Below, one piece after another: positions 39,505 to 54,400 of a stretch of DNA of 64,000 nt (positions are counted from its first letter, which is position 1; each line of letters opens with the position of its first letter). Origin of the DNA: Phoronis australis (lineage: Eukaryota; Animalia; Phoronida); assembly GCA_002633005.1 (NCBI GenBank), contig NMRA01000332.1:259121-323120 (forward strand), written 5' to 3'. Under the pieces are notes generated by a model. That model had not been told where the DNA came from and searched no databases. It saw only the letters and a program-made list of their open reading frames with translations. Made by a program: the position numbers and the translations under genes.

Positions 39505-40096
39505 AGAAAAATGGATTCAATCAGCTGGGTACCGAGCCTGCCACTCGGTGTCGGGTAACGGCATTCGAAGTCGCGGCCCAGGATTTCCACTAATCAATAA
39601 TTTTTATCTGCCCGTAGATGGAGTACTTTAAGTGACGCTATCGGCGTGTGTTCATTGGATCGACCCCAAAACTAGAACCCATGACCTCAGCGGTCGCCGG
39701 CGACAGCTATACTCTTTGCTAGTCTAGCTATAAGTCAATGCAACAATTAGTAACCGACTATTAGTGTCTGTAATCAACTCATGTGGTCACCAGTCTCGAT
39801 GTCACCTTATTCGGCCGAATGACTGGAAAGCCAATATCGGAAATTAAAAATAAAAAGAAATCGCATCGAATTTTGCAGGTTACTTACATCTTATCAAATC
39901 TGCATGTTATGAAAGCTTTCTCCTGATGTCATGTTAAAATCTGCAGAACTCGTTTACTAGGAAATCGCAGATGCCTTCAACGGCCGAAGTTTTCCCGGCT
40001 CCCAACTTGTTCGATTCTATAGCCCAACCATAAGCCGGGAAGATGACCCCTGTAGCCAATATCTTACATAACTGATTAAATCCATTATGGCTTTAT

Positions 40097-40470
40097 GGTT
40101 GGAGGGCCAGCTCTCTTTTGTTCGATAATTGTTCTAATCTTCAAAAAAATCGTATCTAGCCTGACTGGGCTGCGCTGTTAAAAATAAAAGTTAAGTTATA
40201 ACATATTTGAACATAAACCAATAACATTTCTGAAATCCTCCTCTAATGGTGATCATGTTTAGTTTTTGAATCGCCAAAATCGCCCAACTGCAACCGAAGT
40301 TACGATAATCTATTCGATGAATGTACCACTGAATTCGCTCTGGGTTTGACGGTATTCCCACGTGGTCTGTAATAAGCATGGTAGATAATTGGCCTGCTTG
40401 CTGTCATAACAGATAAAAGACTTTTCATGGCAGCTAACAAAGAAGCTACATGTTATCACACGCTCAGAAC
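40097..40470. repeat. Dispersed repeat, homologous to about 54143-54490
   Basis: Shared ggttggagggccagctctcttttgtt..gataattg..ctaatc..tatctagcc..ggctg.gctgtt.aaaata and downstream similarity. Confidence 0.7.
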
Positions 40471-42409
40471 CCCCTTCGTCTGGTAAAGTCACTGAACGGG
40501 AAAACGCTGTCACGAACGTGCTTGATTCGTTCTCATTGTGGACCGCTGGAGAAATGTCGCAAGAAGACGGCATTACTGAACTATTTGAAAGACATTAACT
40601 TGTTATATTACAGATAACAAATTATTTGTACACATTCAAATGTGGCCACCATCGGTTTAGCCTAATCGTTCAAACGTTTGCATTTGGTGAAGTTTTACCA
40701 ACGACTGAAACACTCATCCGAGTTTAATCGAACTTTGGCAAAAGCGTTGACGTGTAAGCGTACCAAAACTATTGGGGTAGCTAGAATTAGAGTCCCCAGC
40801 GACGAAAGACAATAGTGGTCCTCTCCTGGGTCACCACCAACTTTGCGTCGCCATCCACCTAGCCAGTCGTCATGATGTCACACCCCAACCTTGGTCACAT
40901 CACTCGCCCTAGTTGGTGCCGCCCCCTATCGGTTGGGGGTTATGATCGTAATGAACTAGTACAGGGATAGAAAGATCCTCGAAATTGGGTAAAACTTCAA
41001 TGAGGAAAGGATTTGGGATTCCGCGGAGATGATTGACGACCACAATTATCAAAGGGTAAACATTTATGCTATGATAGCCCTAAAAACGGCGTTCCGCCTT
41101 TTTGGTCACGCCCGGAGGAAAGATTCTGTTTATAGGAACCGATGTGGCACGAGGCGGGGCGGAGCGGGGTGAGAGGGGTGCAAAACTATGGTGGCGATCG
41201 TGGAACAAAAATTTGATAAATTGCGATGGTGGTTAGGGGACGAAATGGATATTTCCAACATATAAATTTAAATTACGTCACTATGAACTTTAATAGTCGA
41301 ATCAGCCCGAAAATCAAATGGTGCCGGGGCATTGTCACCGTGTCCTTCTCAGTCAAGTTTCATTGAAATCTGTCAATCAGTTATATACTGAAATATAATC
41401 TAGAAACGCTTCTTGCCTAAACAGCGCTTCAAAATCTCCCTGTCAAGAACAATTCGGCACATCATAGTCATCTTCTACAACTACGTAAAGTATAATTAAA
41501 ATCCATCAGTTTTTTCTCTAGATACCATCATGAAACACTTTTCCCCTAAACAACCGAAACCTCAAAAACTAAGAAAATGCATGGTGGAAACTCTTCAAGC
41601 AAGAAAATAACGGCACATTGATACCGAAACAACGGTATCAATAACGAAATTTCACTGTGATTTGATATAAATATTCCAGAGGAAATCTCAAAAACACTGT
41701 TACAGCTTTCTTAATATCGTTCGGTAATGTTTTCGTAAAAATTACAAAAGCGCCTATTTTCGGTAACACCAAACTACGTGAAACATTATAAAGTAAACCA
41801 CATCAGAGTTCGTTCACAACAGTGCAAAAGTCATTGTCACAGGAAATTGAATCCGATCGACCTTTCCTGAAATACGATTTTCCAAGTTAGCCAAATTCGA
41901 TATTTTCTAGGATTATTCATAACCTTAACAGCGAACGGTGGTTAAGCACCTTTTTAAACAATGTACATGTACGCCTCCATGTGAGTCAATGAAGTTTGAT
42001 GAACTTACTGTTGTTATACCAAGCGCAAACCTTCCCGTTCAATTCAAACAGGAATAAATCCAACCAGCGGAGGCAAATCGTTCAGTTGAATCAATCACTG
42101 AAATCCTTTCGGTTTATAGTTTTACTGGGAACGCTATTTCGATAAAAAATCGAAGATTTCCATCCCAGAAGATGAATCAAAACAATGGTTTCAAAAATGG
42201 CGGTTAGATGTACATGTATAGTTTAAGAACCTCGTTTCAACCTCCACTGCGCGGTCGATTTCATGCAAGTCTACAGTACAGCCTGGCTCCCCACTGTGTT
42301 GACCATAGATATCAAAAAACAACGTGATATCTACATGTATCTCTATAGTATTGACTTCCTCACTTGGAAAGTCACACGAGTTGACCAAGAGGCGCCTCAG
42401 AGCTGCACA

Positions 42410-43745
42410 GATTTCAGCGCTTTTTTACGCCGACGATGACATGTAAGATATGTTGAATGTTTTAAACAACTGGTGTAAAAAGTGGAGAATGGTTGTGAAC
42501 ATGGCAAAAACTAATGTTGTCCATTTTCGAGCTAAGTCTATGCCTAGAAGCAATTTTGAATTTATTTTGAACAGTGTCATCAGTTATGAATCCTCATATA
42601 AATATTTAGGCTGTATTCTGGATCAACACCTTGACTTCAAAGAAAATTCGAATGCATTGTCTGAAGCTTCTGGTAGAGCGTTAGGAAGATATGCTCAACA
42701 TTCCGTGGTAACAAGAATCTAGGATTCGAAACGGTGCAAAACATTATTTAATTCGTGTGTGGCACTAATTTTGGACTACGGGTCATCTGTTTGGGATTAC
42801 AAAAATTTTGGCAATGATGAAAATATCCAAAACAGAGCGATACGTTTTTATTTAGGGGTCAACCGATTTACAGCCACATGCTGTTAGTGGCGATATTGGG
42901 TGGGAATCCACCGAAAATAGATTTAAATTGAATATGCTGCGCCTTTGGAACAAACTAGTAACCACAGGTGGTGATAGGTTACTGAAGAAGGTATTTCTAA
43001 GGGACTACTGTGTTGGTAGAAAGGGTTGTGTAGACGGAATCAAAAATTCGTTGTTTAACATAACTGGCATGCAATCCTGTTTTCAAAAGTTGACTACTTG
43101 TAACATAATAGGTGCTAGAAACAATCTATTTGAATACGCGAAACATGCTTGGACTGAATCTGTTGTAACTAAACCCAAGTTAAGAACCTACATTTTATTT
43201 AAGCGCGAGTTTTGAACTGCGCCGTATGTAAAGATTAATTTATCTCGTTCCGAGCGGTCTCTTCTGGCTCAGCTTAGAGCAGGAAATCTCCCATTGCACT
43301 TGGAAACTGGTCGTTATGTAAACACCCCTGTAAGTGACAGACTTTGCTTGTGTTGTGACTCTGGCTCTGTGGAGGATGAGCTACATTGTGTGTTTGATTG
43401 TTCTCTTTGTAACTCACGGAGGTCTACTCTGTTTAATGTTTCACTTCAAATTCCGATCTTTGTGGATTTCAGTAGATTAGATACGTTAAAACTGCTATTT
43501 CAGTATTTCCCTAGGCAATTTGCCAAATATATCAAGTCTACTTTTGAATTTAGAAACCGACGCATTTACGGTAGGCCTACATCTGAGTTGTGTGGTTAAA
43601 GTGACTAATAAGCCCAACTGAGCTGGGTACTTATCTTTCATACGAATGTTATACCTATAACTGTTTGATTTAACAGCATCACTGTCAGCCATACGCGGAC
43701 AGTGGGATTAGAAATGTTTCAGGAAATCAAATCGAATTCAAATTA
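42410..43745 (+). pseudogene. Decayed non-LTR retrotransposon (RTEX/CR1-like) reverse transcriptase C-terminal half
   Basis: FYADD, WCKKWRMVVNMAKTNVVHF, YKYLG, KLRTYILFK, LAQLRAG.LPLHLETGRY, and a C..C....VEDELH....C knuckle. Spread over several frames with stops; (AAATC)-like tail. Confidence 0.85.
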
Positions 43746-45929
43746 AAAGATAAATAACGATGAGGAGAGGACCGATCTGTGCCCTTGTTAAGAGAATAAC
43801 CAAGGGGAAAAANNNNNNNNNNNNNNNNNNNNNNNNNNNNNNNNNNNNNNNCCACCGTTCTGTCTATGGCACTAGACTAGGACTTTGGGCCTAAGTGCCA
43901 TTCAGGCGCCGCGTCTTATTTCCAATGAAATTTTAATAATACCCTCAAGATTAACCCAAACTGGTATCAAGAGGGTAATGTTTTCTTGCAGATATTAATT
44001 TAATCTTATCTTCCATCGTTGACTTACAACAGGGTAAAAAAAAACAACGCCCGTAAGTCTGGTAGCCAGACATGTTTGTTTTTTAAGGTAATCCCACATT
44101 CTTCCTTGTGAACAGATAACAGCACAACCGGCGCAGTTTTCAGCAACACAGGTGGCATTCAGCGCATACACGCCTGCAACGCTTTGCCAGGAAAACACCT
44201 CTTACAAATCCACGAGGAAGCACAAGTTTAACTGGCCCTCCGTATTCCTTGTGAAGCATTAAAATTGAGGTTTTCCATTATCTTGCTAAAATGAGAAACT
44301 GAATAGTCAGCGCAGGGCCCAAAATGAATAATTTTGAATCCTAGCATCTGTCTCCACTTCATTTACAGCGCGTAGAACTGTAAGGTTCAAAGAAAAAACG
44401 TTAATATTGAATTGCTGATGCGGCACTTTCCCCTTGTCCATACGAACACAGTACAATAATCTCGGTACCATCATCGACAGCCAAAGAATCTTTGAACAGG
44501 TATTGAACTCAGTCATCATAATAATAAACATTTTAGTTTTATGACCAACTGCGTATTTTGCGATTTTGCAGAAGCTGCGTAACGAAAACTCAAGATCGTG
44601 TTAACACGTTATACATGTATATTACACCTCTTTAAACAAGGAAACATTGAAACAGCTCTGAAACTGACAAGCAACGCATAGCCACATACACGGCGGTTAC
44701 AAGACCAAAACACACGGCATGGTGGGTGCGCTTGTGCTCAAAAACCAGTAACCGGTTGTATGAAACGTTCTGATCAGGGACTCAACTATGTTCCAATATT
44801 TTTTCAGCGCATGGGTAGCTTTCGTTTACTCACTAATGTTATACTTTCAATTTCCATCGAATTATCTTTGTTGTGAGCTCATCCTTCATTTATGACTATG
44901 CATCTAAAAACCTGAGCTAGTATTTCAGCAAACATAAATAGTGACTAAGTCCTGAAATTTTGGGCATTGTATGGAAAGGTCCTATTTTCAATAATTCTAA
45001 GAATTCAACGTATAGTCCACTTTCGCTATACATCAAATCTGTAACGTGGTGTGGCAATGAAGATAAAATAGCAACCACAAAAAGGACATTCGGAGTTTGT
45101 ACAAAATAAAAAACGCACAGAAAAGTTAGGGAGCATAGTTAAGTCTCTATTAGATCTGTTTCATTTAAATGGTCAAAGAGTCCCTACACCATTCCTGTGA
45201 ATCGCAGCAAACTGTGAGAATCTATACAGTAAAATCCACTGCGGAAGTCGAGAAATTCATTAGATGGCGCCAGGGCTTCAAGAAAAGAATGCATTCCAGC
45301 TGAGATTCTAGATTCAGGTCACGTATAACCTTATTCCACAAACGTCTCCAATCAAGCTGCAGCAATTAAGATTAAAAAATGACTTTTCCTTCATCGGCAC
45401 TGACCACCTAGTGAATACCGAGCCGCAAACATGTTCAAAAACAAATCTGATCAAAGTCCATATGCCTTTGAATTATGCAAAAATAAAATAATGCAGAAAT
45501 AACAAAACAACTACAACAAGAGTAATATAGAGAGTTGATATGCACCCACCGTAAAGGCCACTAGAGAACGCGGCGCAAATCAAACCTGCCTGGGGTGAGG
45601 CAGGTGCCATCGATCTCCTCCGGCCATAGCAACTTGTTTTAGCAAAGTTAACATCCAACCATCAAGAAGTTGTTACTCAATGACATATTGAAACAAAAGT
45701 TAAAACCAAAATTGCAACTAGGGGACTTTAAGGATTTGTGCCGAAAGCCACGTCAGTTGTACATGTACCCTCCCCAAACAACTGCTGCTTGGGGCTCCAT
45801 GCACATAGCTGGACCTGTCCGAAAATTGTGTCAGCCATGCACATCTCAGTATTGAGAAACACAAACTATGCTAATTTTCATTATGACCCTTTAAGTTAGG
45901 CAGATACAGAGGCGGGCGCCAAAAAGTAC

Positions 45930-46108
45930 CCCAAATTAATAAAAACGGCCACTAGGTGACGTAGAATACACCGAATTGGTGGGCGGGGGGGGGGGTGGAT
46001 TGCTGGATTGCACTTGCCAAATTTCATAAAGATCTTGAACAAACCGACAATAGATAGAGATTACGGCAACGAAATGCGACCACATATACATAAGTGGGCG
46101 CATGAAAA
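45930..46108 (-). mobile_element. Partial HINE copy
   Basis: ggccactaggtgacg..ccaaatttcataaagat..ccacatatacataagtgggcgcatgaaaa, matching the end of the other HINEs. Confidence 0.6.
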
Positions 46109-49100
46109 GAAATAGCACCATCTAGCCAACTCGCTCTAAATATTGCAACATAAATCTAAAAATTCCAGTCCATATCGGCTAGTGAAGCAAATTTACAACA
46201 AAGAAAACATGACCAACAACCAACTCCAATCAAAATGCAAAACGCTTTACCATTTACACGCACTCATTGTTACACAGAAAAGCAATTATCTCAGTAACAT
46301 CAGGATCAGGTTTAAAAGGACTAGTTTTTAACAAATGTGACAGCCAACAAAAAAATTCTACTCAGCACCTAGAAATGATGTGGCACTTCAGATCAACAAG
46401 CAGAAACTACATACACTCCGAAATTTACACCGAGACTGGACCCGACTCGAAAATGCCTGGATCCGTTACAGCCCTAGAACCAACGGGCTTCTTTGTCAAG
46501 TTTAATCAAAGGCAATAGATTAGATCGTGAACTTGGAAATTTCTTAGTTTTAACAGTCCAGGCCGGGGAATGGTACCTAACGTGGTTCTGCAAGGTATTT
46601 GTGACCGATAGGGTTCATGTAAGTAATAACTTTCTATCACGGCCAAAAATTTGAAGATACCTTGACAAATTCGCCGAACGCCATTCTGCTTGATCATAAT
46701 ATATTCGACAGTAGAAAATTATTACTTAGTAGAAACACAAACAGAACAACTTGACTGATTGGGGCCGAGGTGTACTCCTCTCAGACGAGTATTCATCTCA
46801 CAATATGCATCCCCATCAAGGGTGTATTTTCCAACAAAGTTTCCTAAAAGAATGTCATTCTGATTTAATGTTCTGCAAAAGGCTTCACTTTGGAAGTTCA
46901 AACCTATTCAAAAGGTTCCCTTTTACAACTAAAAAATCTAAAGAATGGTTACTTTGGTTGCCAATGATGTACTCATTTTTGGCAGCAGGACACATCTACG
47001 TGCACTGTTTCTTGTTTAAAGTGACATTATCCGCGAGGTCTCAGTGAGATATCATCTCCAACGCCAAATCGAATTCACAACCTCAGCAGTCACCATTGCT
47101 GGTAGAGCTAAGCCACACCCGATAAGTGGCGGAGTATTTAAAGTGGCTATGAGCCAACGCGGAGAATAGGCAATTTCAAATAAATCACAAAAAACAGTCC
47201 ATCGGACTTAGTTGTTTTATAGCCAATAACTTAACAAAGTCTACTGCAACCAACAATGAAAAATTTGCGTTTTTCGGATGTAAAACAGATGTCCAACAAC
47301 TTGAGGGTTAGATCTATGAACCAATGCTATATAATGGAAGCTCAATACAAAAGGAACCCTTTTTGAGTTTACTCTCAAAATGACTTGGCATCCTAATTTT
47401 TTAGCTGCAGCCCAGTAAAGATATAGTCAGTACCTGCAAAACAAACTGCAAAACACAACATGATTTGTGGTATACAGTCGAGTTGCCAGCAACAGCTTAT
47501 GAATAAGCAATTTTGTATCTTTCGGACTGAGTCTAATCCATCAGGACACAGTGCAAGACAAAAAGAAATTACAAAATGCGGTTTTCCTGTCAGGAGGGCT
47601 AACTTTGTTAGGAGCAAAAAATTTCTGGTAATGATTAGGAGGGTGACAAAATTCTAGTTACAGAAAGACTTAGCCACTTTACTAAGTGTCCTGCCAATTC
47701 TCCGTGATTCTCCAGCATGAGGAAAGACTGTGGTAGATTGTTCAAATAACAGTGTAATATGGTGGAACAGAAAAAATTTGTTTTATCAAAATTTTCAACC
47801 CCAGTGAATAACAAGACAGTTAGTACCTCATTATTTGAAAACTCTGCATATGTAATTGTATAGTGCAAATTTTGAACATTTTTGGCAATACAGTGAGCGG
47901 TTGGAAAATGTCCATTTTAGCCATTATTTTTGTCGGAATTTGAGGAATGTTTACTGTACTCTGACGATGAATTAGGTTTCTGCACAGCCATCATGAAGAG
48001 GAATTCGGGCTTGTTTTGTAGTGTATGTATTTTACAAGGAAGGTTTGGACTGCCATCATATCCCACGATAACAAGTGCCTGCAAATTGCAATCCATTATT
48101 GTATATTTGACTTGTTTATAAAACGACCCCAAGGCTAAATATTTGGAAAATTTCCTCCTTACAAGCAGATACTGTATGATCATTTAAAATAAAATAAGCC
48201 ACCTACATGTATTATGAAAAATTACACTTAGTACAAAAGCACCAAAAAAGCCAGGCAAGGTTTATAAAGGCATAGGCAATAGACAAACTTTCAGACTCTC
48301 TCACACAGCCAAACGAATAACCCCACCTAGTGTTTCCTTGCATTGCTTCTTCACTCATAAAATAGTCACCAATGAAATCTGAGTATGGAGTTCATTCTTG
48401 AGGATTTGTCCATTCATTTTAACCCAGAAAGCACTTATAATTAGAGAACCATTACAACTTTCTCTGACTCTTGTTCAATGAATAGGGTTGCTATTGAGGC
48501 CTCAATGGTGTACTTAAAACCATATGTAGGCCATTTCATACTAACCTCGACCCCTCGATGTTTTGGGGAGTTGCCGTCAGTATGAAGGGTGAACTTCAGT
48601 CCTAGATCAAAATTAAAAGCGCCAGTTAACTTGGGAGTTAACAGGTGGATTTAACAGCGGAGCGTCGACGCTGCGGTGCAGTATGAACTTTCGACTTCGG
48701 TCCCAGGGGCCACTGTTATTGTCAACAATTAAAGGGCAGTGTCCTCGCTAATAGTTGCTTACATTTTGTTTTATGTCAATAAGCACATGTAAATGTTCCC
48801 AAATTGTCAGATTAAAAAAATCTTAGCGTGTACGTGATACATCAGCACAACCTTGCGATTGCTTTAATGACAACAGCTTCACCTACCATTTACTTTCAGG
48901 TTCCTTACCTACTGAAGCCGGTATAAACTTGAACAGCTCAGTTAACTTCGCAGTTTACATGGACATTCCGCTCAGACCAAATGACAGCCGGCCTCCAGGA
49001 CTGCACAAACATTGATAATATCTATACCACACAGGCTAGACTACATCGAATGTTCTCTGGTTTGGAAGGCCGCGAACACCAGGAAGTTGTAATGATGCCA

Positions 49101-50170
49101 TTACCATGTGAAATTTATTGGAAGTGATCACTTTACTTTTTTGCTAAAATTTTAATCCGAAAAATTTTTGCATTGGGATACAATTTACCCCTAGTCTGAA
49201 TTCCATTAAATTTTGCATGAACTAATATGGGAAATTATATACCAACATGAGTAACCAGGATGTTTTCTCAATTTAAAGAGCAGTGTAAATTCAATCACTG
49301 TAAATATTATCAACAGTCAGCAGGAATTCTTGGGGACACCACCGTTTGTGCATTTGATACCCTAAATTTATCTACGAAATATTTACAAGATTTCGAAATA
49401 CAGTACGTAGGAATGCTGTTAATGTGAGACTAATTTCACATCAATAAGCAGTCCAAATAATGTGTTTTTCCACACTGGAAAATCACCAAAAGCTCATGGA
49501 CAGGTGCATCCACCTAATAGCACCTGAAACATTTTTGAACAGACCTTTAGTAAGGCAATAAAAAACACACGGAACAAGAGAACATGCAACTAACTTTCAG
49601 TCAACTTGCCACAACCTTGCCAACTTACTCAGGGCTGTCACACACCAGCATACAGTACAAGACAAAAGTAATGGGACAAAATACCATTTACCCTGAGTGA
49701 CAGCAAATTTTTTTAACTCCTGGTAATGACTGATTAGGTCGGCAAAATTACAGAATGGTTTAGCCACCTTACTACCTTACCTGTTCACACCCCTTTTCAT
49801 TCTTCGTCATGAGATAAGGTGAACCCTGACACTGAACAAGGCCTCCACCCAGATGGAAAATTGACCAATCGCCTGGATTTTGAGTGATGGGGTAACTGGC
49901 CATTTAGAACGCAGCATTATTGACACACCTTCGTTTCCAAGCCGCCATTTTACCCGACAAACAACACGTCACAGGGCAAAACTTATTGCTTGTTACTCGA
50001 CATTACGCAAGGGGGAGGAGCTTGGGATAGGTCACTTACGGGCCATTTTGTCTGAATACTTTTGGCTTGTACTGTAGTTACTTTCTTAAACCGCTCTGAG
50101 GTGGTGGCGTATTACAACTATTATTAAAATCTCTTGGTCTATTTACACAAACCCCTAGTCTATTTACATT

Positions 50171-50217
50171 GTCACGACGTTTCAGTCGGTCTATTCTCCG
50201 GCCATCGTCAGGTGTAC
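50171..50217 (-). ncRNA. Minimal type I hammerhead ribozyme (Penelope/retrozyme type)
   Basis: Minus strand gtacac-CTGACGA-tggccgg agaataga ccgact-GAAA-cg-TC-gtgac: conserved core boxes, stem II, palindromic ACGT stem III region, stem I gtacac/gtgac. Confidence 0.6.
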
Positions 50218-51496
50218 CCGCGTTCTTAGAAGAACGAGCCCGGATATGTGGTACACTCCCACTCATGGTGTGATTTTTTGTCCTAGGCAGGATTTGAACC
50301 CACGACTCCTGAAACTACAGATGTAGTGGTTAAGGTGCTGGACTCGAATGGCAACTGACACGCATTTTGAGTAACAAAAATGTGGATGGTGCCCCATTCT
50401 AAGTATTGTTTTGGCCAAAGTCGCCATTTCTGCCAGTCCCTAGCCGGTTTCATGAAAATGTTCAAATGGGCTTGGACATTTTGAGAATGATCATCTTGGT
50501 GTCAGTGCTGGGGCCCCTGAGGATGAAGATATGAAAAAGCAATATGCCACTACACATATAGAAATACAACCCACAACCTATTACCGGAAATACTTAATTT
50601 ACACAGGCAAAAAGATCGATATAATTCAGGATTACCATGACTGTGTGATGATTTCTCACACGGAATTGTAATCATAGCCACTGATAACGGTTTTCAACGA
50701 AGTTCCTTCGCAAAAATGAAACTAGTTCTAATTCAACTTATCTAAGCCCAGATCTTAAACACAATTTTAACCGAGATGAACAAAGAACAAGATTTTTCAA
50801 AACCCCATTTCTGTTCCTTCCATTAACCAATTATTATTCTAGTATGAAAGTCAGTTATTAGAAGTATAGAATTAAAAATGAAGAATATTGTTGCTCTGAG
50901 ACACAAAAATGTCATCCATACAGAATTTGAATTACCACAAAAGGGCGAAATGACCCTTGTTAATTCTTGGTCAGACATTTATAGCATACTATGAAACAAG
51001 AACCAGAGACTTATTTATCACTATGTTTTTAACTCCTTAACAGAGTGAAACGTTTTGGGTGTCTTGGTTTCGCTTCACGTTTCGTAAGTTGGACGCAAAA
51101 TTATTCTCAAGAGATTAAAATTCCCAATCTTTCATATGCTACCAATGTCCTCATCCCTTACCAACCTGCAGACATCCTATAGATAACAAGGGGTGGCAAG
51201 TATAAGTAGTTCATAATACGTGTGCTTATGTGCACCAAAAGACAATCCAAACAAGCACAAATTTGGACAGTGCTCCAAAACATGGATTCAACTAACTTAC
51301 AAAAAACACAACCTAAACAGCAACACCGTTTTTAAAAATGGGCAAATCTAGAATGACTGCCATGACTAGTATATTCTAGACGTTTCCATGGTGACTGAGG
51401 TCACAACTGAGTGAAGCCTGAGGATTGACTTGTAAAGTTGACTTGGCAAGAACAACATTGGCTGCTACGGAAGACCTGAAGCGCCCTCTGGATGGT

Positions 51497-54400
51497 TCAC
51501 TGACTTGTCGTTGCAAATGAAGCCATAACGGACTGCACCTAAGGAAACAGAGACAGCAATGAAACTGAAAATACGACGCAATAAAATAGATGAGATTCCT
51601 GGTATAACTAAGATGAAAAGGCAGACATTTTGGACACTGGTCTTTCATAAGTGCCAACTGTACCCTTATGTCACCCATGCCATTGACAGACTAAGCAGAA
51701 AGTTTGACATTCCCAAAATTATGACTTGGGAAGTTGCATACCTGAAAGATGGACTAATTTAAACTTGTCCATCATAACCACTGATGACCCATGCATTCTA
51801 TAACTTTTAGTTTGTCCAATGACATCATTCCTAAACAGCCAATAGTGGAGTTGCAACGCCGCCATATTGGAAATGGGTCAGAATGTTGCATTGTGGTTAA
51901 GCCGGTAAACAAATACGTCGGCAAGCGTGGGGGCGAACCGGCCACAGGGAGGTTATACGTGTTGTGTGCCTGGCATGCTATAATACCAGTTAGCGAAATA
52001 AAAAATTTAGTTACTACCTGTTTCCCAAGGATCAAGAACTGCGTTAAATATGGGTCAGAGACATCGGTAGAGCTGGTAGCAAAGGCCGACTTCGTGAATT
52101 CTTTCCGACTTCGTAGCATAAAGTGTGCAGCGCTCATTTTGAGGGCGGCAAGAAAACGTATCTTAGAAACTGCCCAACAATATCTCCCTTCAAAGAAACA
52201 GTAACAAATACTCCACGGCGGTTGGTAGTGAAAAAAAAAATTTTTTTCGCTTGACCAGAACCAAGCCAACATGAGCAATTTTGAGGATAATGCCTCTGCA
52301 CAATCACCTGTTCTGGGTCGACTCACTTAACGTATGCACACTATATGCATTACGCGCTAAGATAAAGCGTGCAGATTATTATTATTTACTTTCTACAAAA
52401 TTGTGGTACATTGCTATCAAAATTCGTTGTTAAATTACGATCATTTTTCATAAAATTTTGTTGAAGTTCCAGGGCGAAATCTTGCCGACAAATGCGTAGC
52501 TGCTGGTCTCGCAATCGTCGATAGGGCTTGAATTCTTAAATAAGAATACAGCTTTGACTCAACAAATTACCTGAAATCCTCCTCAAGTTTTCCAAATAGC
52601 GTCTCTAAGATTTTTAAGTTCTTGTGAAGTCTGGATTAACTGCAGATTAAGTCCAAATCTACGCTAGATTGTAGCACGCAACCCGAGAAAAATCTCTGTG
52701 GGAACACATGTTGTTGTCACGTGACGTTTGTTTTGAAGTTTGTATGCGTGTGTGTGAGAGTAAGCGTGCGTGTGCTTGTCAGAGTTCATTTGCCAGAGTA
52801 ATGTAATGATCTAGGTGTGCATTGTATCCAAAAAAAATAAGTCAAGCAGTCAAGCAGAGCGTGTTTTAATATTTACGGCTTAGCACTTGCTGGCCTCATC
52901 TGCTAAAAACGTTCGAGAATTTTTTCGGTAAGACCGACATGTCACTCATTGAGTCGCCGGGTGAGTGGATGCGTGACCGTAGTGTAACAGCTATTTCCCG
53001 GAAGATTTGGGGTGTAAGGGTGCGAAGTGGGTCATTTTGACCTTAAAAACACCAATTATGATTAGTTAAATAATTTCTCTTAAAAATAATGCAGAAGCTT
53101 TTTACGGTATTGGAAACTTTCGGAAATTAGTGCCAATATTTATTTGCCGATGCTATGTTACCCGATTAATCTTCGATGACAGTCGGTACATTATGCAGCG
53201 CGCGCTTCTTGGTCGCGTGCTAACACTGGTCGAGTTTTTTTTATTAGTCTTCAATTCACGGTTTTCACATGCACAAAGAAGTTTGAGGCCGGAGAAGATC
53301 TGTACTGGAAAGAAACAATGCAATCTCGCTCTTTGATAAGTACGCTGTGTCTGTTTTCAAAGTCCAGACCCGTGTAGTGGGGCACATCCCTCGCAAGAGC
53401 AGCAAAACTTCTGCGTTCTTTTTGAATCGCGGCGTAAGTTTGAAGTGTATACGGACATACCGGTGAGGCTCGTGGTCCGTTACAAATTCAGGCTGTCGGA
53501 TCTTTCAATTGATAAATTGGAAATGTTAGAACTGTAGGTAAGGGCATTTTTCGCATGTAGTTCATGGGCTGGGCGCTTACTTTAGCAAAGTCTGAAAACG
53601 CGTTGGGGCACTTGTTGAGCCATGGGCGATAATTAGGGCGAATAGAGGCAGAATTACATACAGCAGCGTAGTTTAGTGCACACAAATCACACGTCGTGCA
53701 AACCAATCGGCCATTCCATTTACCCTTATCAATCCCAATAGCCTTTGCGCACCCTAATTTCCGGACATGCGCAATCGTTAAATCGATTCGGTTGCAACTC
53801 CGCTATTGAAACATTGGTACGTGAGAAAAGTCCAGCAGCCAGTTGCATAAAACAAGTCTCAATAGGGACTCAATAGTGCATTTGTAGATTTTGTGCAAAC
53901 ACTGATTGTCCTTTTTATATCTTCATTGTCACATCAAGTTTTAGCTGTGACACATGAACATTTTAAAACATTTATTATTTTCATTGAACTCTTCATGACC
54001 TCTGGACAACAACTGCATACAGTGCCACCTATTGACAAGACCATTAGAGCATTCTCAGGATGACCCCAATTTGTTGGATGACTTAGCAAACCCAACAAGT
54101 TGGTTGGTTGACCAGTATAGCCAGTATCTTACAGGTATTCATGGTTGGAGGGCCAGCTCTCTTTTGTTTGATAATTGCTCTAATCCCAATCAGATCCTAT
54201 CTAGCCCAACTAGGCTGTGCTGTTGAAAATAGAAGATACCTTGTAAACTGTTAAAAATAAACCAATAGCAATTTTAAAATTCCTCATCAAATGCTGATCA
54301 TTAGTTTTCCAATTACTAAAATCATAAAACTTAAGAGAATCTATGCTGTCCTTACACAATACAGTTTATTATAATAAGTAACCCTTTGAAAGCATGGCAG

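Noticed and set aside
39520-39730. tRNA/SINE-like fragments (similar to about 24145-24215)
   Set aside because: Too degenerate to define boundaries or family by eye.
48909-50050. Possible minus-strand first exons (AAAATGGCGGC at about 49950, ATGGCCC|gtaagt at about 50046, donors at 49781 and 48909)
   Set aside because: Splice-like signals are present, but the joined frames hit stops and no homology is recognised; they may be transposon remnants or non-coding.
51772-52326. Overlapping 184-aa and 137-aa ORFs
   Set aside because: No recognisable domain, no convincing start or splice context.
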